Below, piece by piece: positions 1 to 10,185 of a stretch of DNA of 18,549 nucleotides; the stretch's first letter is position 1; each line of letters opens with the position of its first letter. The stretch is taken from NCBI GenBank assembly GCA_051294375.1, contig JBJCIZ010000119.1, positions 1 to 18,549 of the forward strand, given 5' to 3'. This DNA is from Paraspadella gotoi. Lineage: Eukaryota > Animalia > Chaetognatha. The translations under genes and the position numbers were made by a program. The notes under the pieces were generated by a model. That model saw only the letters and a program-made list of their open reading frames with translations. It did no database searches and was not told the DNA's origin.

Positions 1-60
1 TATCATCGCATCAATGAATGACTATCATCATGGCTTGATCGTTATGCTTTTAAGATTTTT
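1..60 (+). repeat. End of a 21-bp tandem array plus downstream module of the Helitron-like family
   Basis: TATCATCGCATCAATGAATGACTATCATC followed by GCTTTTAAGATTTTT; the same succession occurs at ~12700-12950 and ~13700-13947. Confidence 0.75.
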
Positions 61-94
61 CATCTTATTTTGTTCGTTTTTCTTACTCTGATAA

Positions 95-507
95 ACGCGC
101 GATCTATCTACGCGAACAAAAGGGCATTTCGTGGTGAGGCAGACCGATATGAAAATTAAAGTAAGGGATTTAATAATAGTTAAATATTTGGGTTAAAATT
201 AATATCAAAGACTTGATGCCCATTGTAGGTGGACATCGGCGACCAGGCCAAAGAAAACGCAAACAGCATCTGGATGAGCGGGTTGACGCGGGAGTTCCAG
301 ATGATCGACATCCGGGAGGCGATGATCATCTCGAAGGGAGTTGAAGACTGCGAGTCCCCGAAGCTTAAATCCGAGTCTCAAGCTCAAGAGTGCGAAACCT
401 ACGAGTCTCCTCTGATGGAATGCGAAGTGAGCAAAATGGTGGAAAGGGTGGTCAGTGGGCAAAAGGGAGGAGAGGGTGGTCAGTGGACACTGGACAGTGG
501 TCAGTGA
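95..507 (+). pseudogene. Possible two-exon coding fragment of unknown product
   Basis: Open frame 95-160 (..FVVRQTDMKIK), GTAAGG donor at 161, TGTAG acceptor at 228, phase-0 join into ORF 229-507. The 3' part runs into a tandem repeat. Confidence 0.3.
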
Positions 508-687
508 TCTGTCGAAAAAATTGTGGCTAGTAGTCAAAAGCCTGGAAAAAGTGGTCAGTTGGCAAAATTTTGGTCAGTGGGCAAAATTTTGGTCAGTGGG
601 CAAAAATATGGTCAGTGCTTAAAAGTGTGGGAAGGGTGGTCAGTGGGAAAATAGGTGTAAAGGGTGGTCGGTGGTCGGTGGTCAGTA
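467..687 (+). repeat. Degenerate ~20-bp minisatellite with core GGTCAGTGG
   Basis: About ten copies of (G)TGGTCAGTGG(GCAAAA); regular 20-bp period at ~552-617. Confidence 0.8.
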
Positions 688-811
688 AGGTGGAACAGGT
701 TACAAACTAACAGAAGTCCGGTATAAATATTCTTAAGGTGTTTATTAAAGATCGTGAAAATAAAAACAAGTTTGAGCAAACAATGTCGGATCTGCCCACG
801 ATCATTATCGG

Positions 812-1047
812 TAATTAATTAATAATTAATTAATAATTAATTCAAGTTAATTATCTAATTAACAAATAATTAATTTATTCAAGTTAATTATTTAATTAAT
901 TAGGCAATTAATTAATTTGATCAGAAATCTTTGTTTTGATTGATTAATTGACTGATTAATTAATTATTGATTAATTAATTGACTAATTGATTAATTAATT
1001 AATTGACTAATTGATTAATTAATTAATTAATTATTTGATTAATTAAT
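812..1047. repeat. (TTAA/TTGA)n low-complexity tract
   Basis: Runs of TAAT/TTAA/TTGA/CTAA tetramers. Confidence 0.85.
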
Positions 1048-1089
1048 ACATCTTGCATTTACATTTAAAATAAAAAGAAAAAGAAGCAT

Positions 1090-1490
1090 AATCAATTAGT
1101 TTGTTTTTTCTATTTAAACTCATTTCCACTCAAACGATTCCATCGAAACTTGATTTCCAGTTTAATCACACACTTTTCTACCCAAATACAAAATTTCAAG
1201 TCAATCGCCCCATCCACTCATGAGTAATTGGTGTTCAAATATTGAAATTTATTTTTTTATTTTTTCCATTTAAACTCATTTCCACTCGGACGATTCCATC
1301 GAAACTTCATATACAGTTAAATCACACACTTCCCTACCCACACACAAGGTGGGACAGAGGGACGGACGGATGGACGGACGGACGGACATCGTTTTTTTTG
1401 CATAATTTATCATAATTCGATGTTCTGATATGATATAAGTGAGTGCCCAACAATATTGAGGGGGCGGACCGACAAAGTGAATTATAGAGT
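1090..1490 (+). mobile_element. DINE-1/HINE-like (Helentron-associated) non-autonomous element
   Basis: Duplicated ~80-bp core (TTTAAACTCATTT(T)CCACTC...CGATTCCATCGAAACTT...AATCACACACTT at ~1112 and ~1269) followed by a (GGAC)n microsatellite at ~1352-1388. This layout is typical of DINE-1/HINE elements; termini not resolved. Confidence 0.5.
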
Positions 1491-1651
1491 CAGGATCTAT
1501 AATAAAAATGGGAACTCAAAGGAACTTTTTAATACAAATAAAAATAAAATTGTTAACAACCTATGATTGGAAAAATTGTAAAAATTTCCAATTGTAAACC
1601 ATTGTAACATTTTTTGCCTTTCTTTTATTTATTTTTTAATTATATATATAT

Positions 1652-1930
1652 TGAGGCGACTTACCTCCGGTCTCTCTCTCTAAACCCTTCCTCTCTCCTC
1701 TTTCTTCGAGCCGGTCTATTCCACACGGTCACTTTGCCCAAGCTTTGGCAATGACCTTAGATTGACCGGACACAGTAATAGGGCCGAGGCGACCGTAAGG
1801 TCAAGTTGGTCCGGGCGATGATAAAAGTGGATCAGGAGAGAGCTAGACTCACTTCTTTTCTACTTCTCTTACATCGTCACAATTCTTCACTCTCTCTTCA
1901 TATTTATTATTACATTCTTTGTCTTCTACA
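1652..1930. mobile_element. Probable solo LTR
   Basis: TGAGGCGAC...GTCTTCTACA (TG..CA, imperfect terminal inverted repeat) with ATAT on both sides (1648-1651, 1931-1934); absent from the paralogous repeat copy at ~13290. Confidence 0.55.
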
Positions 1931-1980
1931 ATATATTTTTTGAATCGTTAAAAAACGAGTTCAGGGTCTCTCTCAGTCTC

Positions 1981-2371
1981 NNNNNNNNNNNNNNNNNNNN
2001 NNNNNNNNNNNNNNNNNNNNNNNNNNNNNNNNNNNNNNNNNNNNNNNNNNNNNNNNNNNNNNNNNNNNNNNNNNNNNNNNNNNNNNNNNNNNNNNNNNNN
2101 NNNNNNNNNNNNNNNNNNNNNNNNNNNNNNNNNNNNNNNNNNNNNNNNNNNNNNNNNNNNNNNNNNNNNNNNNNNNNNNNNNNNNNNNNNNNNNNNNNNN
2201 NNNNNNNNNNNNNNNNNNNNNNNNNNNNNNNNNNNNNNNNNNNNNNNNNNNNNNNNNNNNNNNNNNNNNNNNNNNNNNNNNNNNNNNNNNNNNNNNNNNN
2301 NNNNNNNNNNNNNNNNNNNNNNNNNNNNNNNNNNNNNNNNNNNNNNNNNNNNNNNNNNNNNNNNNNNNNNN
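1981..2371. other. Assembly gap (N run) flanked by CT microsatellite
   Basis: Run of N. Confidence 1.
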
Positions 2372-3451
2372 CTCTCTCTCTCTCTCTCTCTCTTTTTTCT
2401 CTCTTTCTTTTTTTTTTACACCACCGTCACTAGGCGACGAGTAAACGAGTTCCGGCTCTGCAGCGTCTGTTCAGCTTCTTTCTCTCTCTCTCTCTTTCTG
2501 TCTCTCTCTCTGTACGATCGTTCATTTTTTGAAAAATTCTTATTATTTTTTCCTTCTAAAAACTTTTTTTATCGCCATTTATTTTTTTTCGCAACACAAA
2601 ATCCCAAATTTACATCCGAGTAGACGAGAATCTCGCTTAAAAAAAAATTCTAGACATTTTTTCCTAATAAGAGAATGTCCGTTCAAATCTGACTACCCTA
2701 TTGCAACGCGTTTGCCAGAAATTCGGTTAAAAAAACACTTGTAAAACGCAGCGATTCCGAGAGCGTTACATCTGAAGAGCTGTTCCTATTCGTTTTATGG
2801 CATTTGATAAAGGATTTAATATCAAACAAGCCAGTGGAAATGCACTACTACTCATCTCCGGAGAATTTTCAAAGCTCATTTTTACTATAGAAATGAAAGG
2901 GAAAGTTTACAAACGTTAAAATTGCAAACGGGATTGCTATATGTTCATGTTACATGAGCGACTTCGAATTTCGCGATTCTGATAGCTTTGTGTCTGAAGA
3001 GCTTGTCCTATTTTTCTTTTTTCATTTTTATAATATTTTGACATATAAAATGATCAGGTTTAAATGACATAGTCCAGTTTGAATCGCGAAAATTTTTATT
3101 TAAAAAGAAATTAAAAGGAAGGTTGAGAAAAAAACTGATTTTTCCTAATATCTTTTTGAAGGAATAAAGATAAAGGGATGGTAATAGTACCAAATGAAGC
3201 CATATTCATAAGGCACAAAGATACAATTTTAGAATTACTTATGCTGAAACCTCCTACAGGGTGAGTGTGTCAAACTTAAGTCAAAATTATAATGAATTTT
3301 AAAACTAATGACACCCCATAAGAATAAATGAAAATTTAATTCTTTTTAATGATTCTGAAAGAAAAAAGACTAACTTGTACTCTAGTAAAACTTTAAAGTT
3401 TTTGAGATAAAGAAATGTTATGGTGGACTAAAATCCACCAACCGTTCATCA

Positions 3452-3522
3452 GCGGCCATTGGTGCCGGAGGCAAGTCATTCGCCTCCAACCCAAAGGTCC
3501 GGGGTTCTAGCCCGGTGGTCGT
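3452..3522 (+). mobile_element. tRNA-derived SINE-like head or tRNA pseudogene
   Basis: Acceptor stem GCGGCCA/TGGTCGT, A-box-like TGGTGCCGGAGG, T-arm CCGGG-GTTCTAG-CCCGG (B-box-like); anticodon stem does not pair; a GC-rich hairpin-forming body follows to ~3600. Confidence 0.6.
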
Positions 3523-4262
3523 CTGGAGTTAAAGAGGGACGGGGCGCTTAACCCCGCCTGTAACATCGTGTTACAGCCTGATCCGAAGCTCAGGGACTGC
3601 TTATATTGAACGGTTCTGTCATTAACACTTATCAATAATTACTGTCTCTTCAATGTGAATTTTTTGTCACTTAAATATTTGCTTGTCTGATTTTACAACC
3701 ATGCTTACAAAATTCTACAAAATATTATTCACTCCATCACAGCCTAAGTATTTATCTTTCTTTTCCACCAGCAAAAAATAAACATTATTTTATGCTAGAG
3801 AACAGGGATGTTTACTGAAATGAGTCGGAAGACATTCAACTTCTTCACTTTACTGTCATTTTTCAATAATATAATAGGCGAATTTTTTAATTATTTAACT
3901 CTCACAGGCTTCACAAGACATTATACTTTCATAATATCCCAATGTTAATGTAATTTATTATATTTTTTACCCAGAAATCATAAAATAACAGAAAGTTGTG
4001 GATTCCCTTCGCTCGTTTAAGAAAAAAAAATTAACTAGCGGAATTATAAGTTTGTAAGAGGAAGTCAGAATCGGCGAAAATCTTAAAGGAGGCGAGAATG
4101 TTGAAAAAAAGGGGTTGAATTTTGATTGGTTTCCTAAGATTTCTTCACAATGTGAGGTCCGATTAAAGCGAAACTTGAGATTTACAATATTCCCGTCATT
4201 CCACATCTATCGATATAAAAATATAAGAAAAAAGTCCCTGGCTTCTTTTTCTATAGCGGCTT

Positions 4263-4466
4263 CCTAATCCGAGATTTTCGTGGATTCATTTTAGAAAAAG
4301 GGAAGAATAACTTATAATGCAGGCAATGTCACAACTTGTGTGACAGGTAGGCGATACCTACTATATATCCGGCAATTGCGCGGATTAATATAAATAATAT
4401 AAAAAATATTACAATCTAAAATTTCATTCAAGATTAAATTTTTTTAAGATGAGGAAATAAAATTTA
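4263..4466 (+). repeat. Fragment of interspersed repeat also at ~10610-10750
   Basis: AATCCGAGATTTTC..GAAGAATAA..ATAATGC..GCAATGTCACA..ACAATCTAAAA..TCATTCAAGATTAAA..ATGAGGAAA is shared; similarity stops where the BEL LTR begins. Confidence 0.7.
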
Positions 4467-5019
4467 TGTTTGATCTTGCTGCCTAAAACCTAACATTTCG
4501 GCCAGGAATCCGAAGGTTAGCGTTAGTATTATATTGCATCACATAAAAGGCACGAAAACGAGTAAAAACAGGATAAAAATTCGTGCATCAAAGTAAAACC
4601 ATTATGCAATTGATAAACGCATGTTTTAGAAACGGTTGGCAATCCATAGGGGCAAGATCGGAGCGTCTCAATTAACCCCCGGCCAACGCGTTTCCTTGAT
4701 GGCTACGCGTGAAATTCGCGGGAAAAAAAGTAAAATATCTTCTCCCAACTCTCGACGGCGATTGGTCGAGGCCCGCCAATCCAGGACCGCAGGGAAGAAA
4801 CTTGCATTTTGCGATCCAAAACGCGAAGGGGAACCGCGCGGCCCAACACAGATACACCCCCTGCGTCTTCACCTGACCTGAAAATGGATAAGGCGGCCCA
4901 ACCTTACCGTCTCCGAGACCCGTCCTGTTGCCGATCACAGCAACTGAACAGGGGGAGAGAAGGAGAGCAAAGGTGGATCCAGGAAGGCTTCAAAAGAGAT
5001 CAATTAAGGGAAGGGAACA
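4467..5019 (-). repeat. 3' LTR of the BEL/Pao element (553 bp)
   Basis: TGTT...AACA termini; preceded on the minus strand by GGAGGGGGAAT; 4467-4622 matches 7178-7348. Confidence 0.75.
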
Positions 5020-5030
5020 ATTCCCCCTCC
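5020..5030 (-). promoter_or_regulatory. Polypurine tract of the BEL element
   Basis: Minus strand GGAGGGGGAAT directly before TGTTCCC. Confidence 0.75.
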
Positions 5031-5264
5031 ATCACAGAACCCACTGGTCCCAGAAATCGATCTCTCAAATCCGACACCAGATCCAATCTACAAAATAAAA
5101 TCATCAATAAATCAAATGAAAAGCAACGAATCCTCGACGCTAAACCGTTCCATAAGCAAAAATCATATTTGAAATCATATGCCGGTCTAAAATACCGATC
5201 TAAACCAAATGAATAAATCAAATCGAGCAGCAAAACAAAATGCCATCAAATGCAACAAGCACTA

Positions 5265-6355
5265 TCATAGCATACCAGAGCATCTAGGAGGATCATCTAC
5301 CGCCATCGACAACTCCGAAGTTGTCGGGGCTGATCGAGCAGGAGGAGGTTGCTTCCTTGGTCGTCCACGGCGTCGTGAAGCGAGAGGCACAGCCTCAACT
5401 GCCGTCGTGGATGGGGCTTCCCCCTCCATCTGCTGACCGCCAGAAGCATCATCTGAGGATGCATCAATAACGGCAGGTTCCATATTCATATTATCAAGAC
5501 AGGCTGCTAAGCCTTTGGCATTTTCGCTCGCTACTGCGTCATCACCATCAGCCTCAAGAAGCACCAATCCCGTACGATCACGGTAAAGGTGCTTGCCTAA
5601 AGCGGTACGAACACTCTCCGGACAATTCCATCAACAGGCATCGTCTCTTTAACTATCGCCATATTCCAGGCGTCTCTCGGCACAAGCTCGTTCACGAGTA
5701 CAACATCTCCAATGGAGAGATTGCGTCTCGTCGCCATCCATTTCTGGTGCTTCTGCAAATCTCGGAGATACTCAATACGCCATCTTTTCCAGAAGGAATC
5801 GACAAGGCTCTGCGACTGCATCCATATCTTTCTAAGGGCATCACCGGCTTCGCTTGGCGGAACGATCTCCGAGGATGAGAGAGCAGGAACGTTAGGATGG
5901 AGAAAGTCATTAGGTGTAAGAGCCAAACGGTCGCTAGGATCGCCCGACACCCTAGTAATAGGACGCCGGTTGAGGATGCCAGCGACTACAGCCACAAGGG
6001 TATTGAACACCTCAGACCGCAGATCATGGAAACCTCTACGATCAAGAGCAAACCACATTGCCTCCTTACATGACCTTACCAACCTCTCCCACACTCCACC
6101 CTGGTGCGGTGCCTGAGGTGCATTAAAGCGCCACGAAAACCGCTGATCAAGTGGGGTTACAAAAAATGTACTGCTAGGACAGCTTGAAGCCCGGCCAGTT
6201 CCTGTAGCAGCCCCTCTGGAGCTACCACAAGAACCAGCCAGGCTGAGCTCACCCACAGCTCTGCCACTTGGCGGTAGCCCCAGTTCAGGTACACCCTCCA
6301 CTTCAGACTGAGAAGGCCCTTCTAAATCATCATCATGACCATTGACCAGTGACAA
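5265..6355 (-). pseudogene. Chimeric remnant: gag-like low-complexity segment fused to BEL integrase C-terminus (DUF5641-like), with a frameshifted AT-hook tail
   Basis: ORF 5597-6355 carries BEL integrase motifs from ~6150 on. A 1-nt shift near 5605 continues as RTALGKHLYRDRTGLVLLE into ORF 5265-5567, which contains RRRGRPRK. Confidence 0.85.
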
Positions 6356-6414
6356 TCACCTTGGGCCTTACATCAACACGAGTGGTAGGAACACCAAGCA
6401 CTCCACCAGCCGTA

Positions 6415-6756
6415 TCAGGGAAAAAAGATTTGGGAGGACCATAACATGGGCTCTTTGGAAACCCTCTTTGGAAACCCTCTTTGCTGTGCCAAGTTATCCC
6501 AAGCAAGTAGAGTAGCTCGTGCTTGATTCACTTCATCTCTGTTAGCCTTAGCTCTTTTTGAATCCCATGTCGTCACTCTCGTCCCTTCCAACACCATCAG
6601 GGCGGCATTGACCCGCATCCGAGGGTTGTAATCCGGAATCTTCCCTTCTGCGACCTGCTTCAGCTCCGCGACCAACTCCAGATGGGCCGCCCGAAGCTCA
6701 TCATCAGGCTGATTGTTGCGAGGCGACCGGCGAAGGCCCGAGCCAAGTGAAGCCAT
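6415..6756 (-). pseudogene. Probable N-terminus of BEL gag-pol ORF
   Basis: First substantial ATG ORF after the 5' leader. A 13-bp tandem duplication (CTCTTTGGAAACC x2, 6451-6476) precedes the stop and would shift the frame. Confidence 0.5.
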
Positions 6757-7167
6757 CTCGAATCTATAGGGAAAAGAAAAAACCGAAAATTAAAGGGGAA
6801 AAGGTTAAATAAATGATGTCAAAATCGTATAAAGGGCAAGCGTCGTCGTCAGAACGAGATGCTCAAGCCGTCAATCTTTGGCTGAAGGTGTGAGAGACGG
6901 AGAAATTCCCGACGATCTTCTCCACCATCAGCGTCGTAAATGAGACCGAATCTTTTGCCTTCAGTATCGTGAATCTCCGCGCGTCGTAATTTTCGACGAG
7001 AGAGAAAGGGAGAGAAATATTAGTTTTTTCACCAGCGTCGCGTTTTGGCGAATAAATTCGCGTCATAAAAAAGGCCGGGAATCAAAATAAAAATTTCAAT
7101 CGAATTTCAAATTCTCTCACCTTTTTCAAATCTCTCACCTCGGCGAAGACGCGATGTCGTTCCAGCT

Positions 7168-7177
7168 CCGTTTCTAA
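7168..7177 (-). promoter_or_regulatory. Primer-binding-site position, non-tRNA type (TTAGAAACGG)
   Basis: Immediately follows the LTR end (..GATCAAACA) on the minus strand; exact complement at 4626-4635 within the LTR. Confidence 0.55.
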
Positions 7178-7348
7178 TGTTTGATCTTGCTGCTTAAAAC
7201 CTAATATTTTGGCCAGGAATCCGAAGGTTAGCGTTAGTATTATATTGCATCACATAAAAGGCACGAAAACGAGTAAAAACAGGATAAAAACAAGATAAAA
7301 ACAAGATAAAAATTTGTGCATCAATTGATATGCAATTGATAAACGCAT
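7178..7348 (-). repeat. Truncated 5' LTR (U5 side) of the BEL element
   Basis: Direct repeat of 4467-4622 with a few substitutions and indels (extra CAAGATAAAAA units); stops where the next LTR starts. Confidence 0.85.
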
Positions 7349-7718
7349 TGTTGGTAACGTGGTCTGTGGCCCTCAAAAGATGACGGATAGAGAGCTGAAC
7401 TATGCATAGTCTGTCTAATTAGTATTTGAAGTTACCTGAAATAATTGTAGATTGCCCAAGTTGTAAAATGTAATTTAAACCAGGATAAAATATTGCGTCT
7501 TAATCCCTTGAAATCTAAAAATGGAATGTATTAAATCTCGGCCTCCCTCTCGTCTCTCTTCCTTTGTTTATTCTACTTAGACAAAATGTTTACAAAATAG
7601 GCGCTGAGTTCCTGGGAATCTATGAAATATTAAACTTTTGAACTGAGAAAATTTAGAGAGACAAAATTTGAACGAAAGTTAATTACTAAATTGGAGGCTA
7701 ATTAAAATATTACTAACA
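7349..7718 (-). mobile_element. 3' LTR of a third LTR element inserted into the BEL 5' LTR
   Basis: TGTTGGTAA...TTACTAACA terminal inverted repeat (8/9), PPT GGGGGGAGA on the minus strand at 7719-7727, minus-strand AATAAA at ~7567-7572. No partner LTR in the window. Confidence 0.75.
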
Positions 7719-8162
7719 TCTCCCCCCAAAACAAATTTTGTTAAATGGCAAATAGATGAGTAAGCTAAACAGTGAGTACAAATGATCACATGTAAGGCAG
7801 TAGTACAAATAATCTTAATAGTTATAACAGTATTACAATTGATCACATATAGCTAAATTGGGGAAAAGTAAATTAAGGACATAAAATAAATCTGCGCTGC
7901 ATCTAATATGAAAAAAACGTAACAAAAATAAAATTGTTTGAAAATAAGTCGAAACTGCCGGCCAAACAGTTCGGAACTAAAATGTAAAATTAATTATATG
8001 TATATATAATGGGAACCAATAGGTAAACAAACATCAAACAAACATTTTCACGCAAATGTGGCAGTTATTAACGGCCCCAAAATCACTCTCACTTGATCTA
8101 TTTTTTTGATATCTTTTCTCAAAACATCAAATCAATTTTAATCGATCTTATCGGTCCTCGAT

Positions 8163-8736
8163 ATGAAGAACTTCATCCTGCTCTTCCTGCTCCCAACCCA
8201 AAATGGTAAGTTTAACGGATCAGGTTATCATCCTCTTTAAAGGTGTGCAAATTATAATTAAGTCATCAATTTCCAATAAGAATTGATTGTTTCATAATTT
8301 TAATTTAAATTCAAAACAGTGGGTTAATTTTATAAACAATAATGCAGAAAATTGTTTTCGTTCAGTCTGCGGCGCCATTTTACACTCCGCTCACCAAACT
8401 CAGTCGGAAATATGGGAAATCATGTTCCATTCCGTCACCAATCAAGGCGTTTTCGGCATTTGTCAGCCCAACCATTCTACTCTTTACTTTGTCGTTCTTG
8501 CTGCTTTATCAATTGTCTGTCTGGCATTGATCATCGGCATCGTCGCCCTTCAATGTTGTCATTGTGTCAGTAAGAGAAAGGTGCAAATTAATTCAGTGCC
8601 GTAACATGCAAAAAGAAATCATAATTTCGAAATGAAAAGTGCAAAGAAATTCGTGCAACAGATATTAAAGGGTGCAAAAATTTCAGGATCGTATGTCCGT
8701 TCCCTGTACTCTGCTCAATCATCGCAACAAGAATAA
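8163..8736 (+). pseudogene. Putative small single-pass membrane protein gene, disrupted by two in-frame stops
   Basis: MKNFILLFLLP signal-like exon, GTAAGT donor at 8206, AAG acceptor at 8242, joining in frame with ORF 8287-8604. TM segment LYFVVLAALSIVCLALIIGIVAL then CCHC and SKRK. Stops at 8284 and 8602; the frame stays open to 8736; AATAAA downstream. Confidence 0.45.
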
Positions 8737-9215
8737 GAAACGTCCGGTTGCGCCTCAATGCTTGGAGGTTTAGGTTAGCAATTTTGAAATGTCAATTTAT
8801 CTCAAATAAATTTGTCCAACCTTTTCAAAGGTTGACTTCGATCAACATTACATTTTCAATAATAAATTCTGTTTATAATTCAGTTTAAATTAGCATTGGA
8901 TCTCTAGAAATCGAAATAAAACGAGTGAGGCAACTTATGATCGATCGCTCTGTTTCTCTCTCTCTATTTCTCTTTCTCTCTCTCTCTTTCTCTCGCTTCA
9001 CGAGTCTGTTGTTTACTTTCAATCGTCGCCGTAAGATGCTGTAATTAAAACGATTACTAAATATCGGTCATACGGCAAAGCATTATTATTATACTAATGT
9101 TCACACCAATTCGATTAATTAGGATTAATTACTATTAATTTTAATAATAACTTGTTTAGCTTGTTCTTTTGTTAAATGAGAGCCGCGACTATAAAGTAAG
9201 CCGCGAAAGTAGAGA

Positions 9216-9545
9216 TATGTCATCTCCCAAATCCTTCGCCCGCGGGGTGGCTCTAGGGGCGGCCCAGGGGGCAGACTATTCCAGGGGGAGCAGCAAAATG
9301 GTCATTGAGGGGGTGCCCCTAATAGACCCAAAATGTTTGCCCCAGGGGGAACCCCCCTGGGGCGGGCCCCCGGGGGCTAAAAAAAGTCTGCCCCTGGGGG
9401 TAACCCCTTGGGGAGCAAAAAAGTGCTCCCCCAGGGGCGAGTTTAAGGAGAGAGCAAAGTTTAGATAAGAAAATATACTTTCTGACAATGTTATTGTACC
9501 TGAGAATATCTCTCCCTGTCTGTTACTGCTCTCTTTCTCTCTTTC

Positions 9546-9580
<35 letters not shown>

Positions 9581-10137
9581 TTTTTTTTCTCTTTTTCTTT
9601 TTCTCTCTTTCTTTTTCTTTCTCTCTCTCTTACTCTCTCTCTATCTTTCAAGACTTGCTTTATGTAACTAAAAAAAAAATACTTTTTTTTCAAATTATTA
9701 TTAACTCGTTTATCTCATATTTTATCTAAAAATTAGAATATTTGTATTTTTAAACTTAATTATTTTATTTTAATTAAAAGATATAAGAAACAATGTATGA
9801 CGTGGCCACAATAATTTTTTTTTCCTTTTTTTTTTTTTTGGATGGACATACTGATGGACTGATAGAGAGAGATATAATTTTTTTAATAAAATATTCATAA
9901 TTTGATGTTCAAAAAAGAATTAAATAAATCATAAAATAACAAATAATGGGCAGTAATCGACAGACCTACTCAATGAACTATGGAGTCCTAAAAAAAAACA
10001 AAAAAAACTATTTATCAAGATTTTAATAAAATTTTAATAAAATTAATAAAATTTTAATAAATTAATAAAATTTTAATAAAATTAATAAAATTTTAATAAA
10101 TTAATAAAATTTTAATAAAATATGAAAAAAAAAAGAT

Positions 10138-10185
<48 letters not shown>

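Larger units (their letters stand above)
1496..2620 (+). mobile_element. Copy of non-autonomous Helitron-like modular repeat (5' part), interrupted by a solo LTR and a gap
   Basis: Starts A|TCTATAATAAAAATGGGAA exactly as at 13118 and is collinear with 13118-13610 (AAAACGAGTTC, CT microsatellite, CAAAATCCCAAATTTACATCCGAG). Confidence 0.55.
4467..7348 (-). mobile_element. Internally deleted BEL/Pao LTR retrotransposon
   Basis: LTR sequence at both ends, PPT, and BEL-type integrase C-terminus (WRFNAPQAPHQGGVWERLVRSCK, LNRRP, LTPNDFL, FWKRWRIEYL, GDVVLV, GIVRRV). No PR, RT or RH present. Confidence 0.9.

Noticed and set aside
3255-3420. TA|CAGGGTG as a Tc1/mariner MITE end
   Set aside because: No matching CACCCTG|TA end found in the window, so it is too weak to call.
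3452-3522. Functional tRNA gene (CCA/Trp-like loop)
   Set aside because: The anticodon stem does not pair, the T-loop is non-canonical (TTCTAG), and no immediate oligo-T terminator follows.
3575-3600. Hammerhead ribozyme near CTGATCCGAAG
   Set aside because: The CTGANGA and GAAA core motifs are not present.
4636-5233. ORFs in the BEL LTR and 3' UTR
   Set aside because: Overlap non-coding LTR sequence in several frames and show no recognisable motifs.
4626-7177. TTAGAAACGG/CCGTTTCTAA as TIRs of a DNA transposon
   Set aside because: No TSD or transposase; one copy lies within the LTR and the other exactly at the PBS position.
4467-7348. Reading the 155-170-bp direct repeats as complete LTRs, or as DIRS/Ngaro split repeats
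   Set aside because: The PPT and TGTT start at 5019-5030 define a longer LTR, the right copy is cut by another LTR, and the coding remnant is a DDE BEL integrase rather than a tyrosine recombinase.
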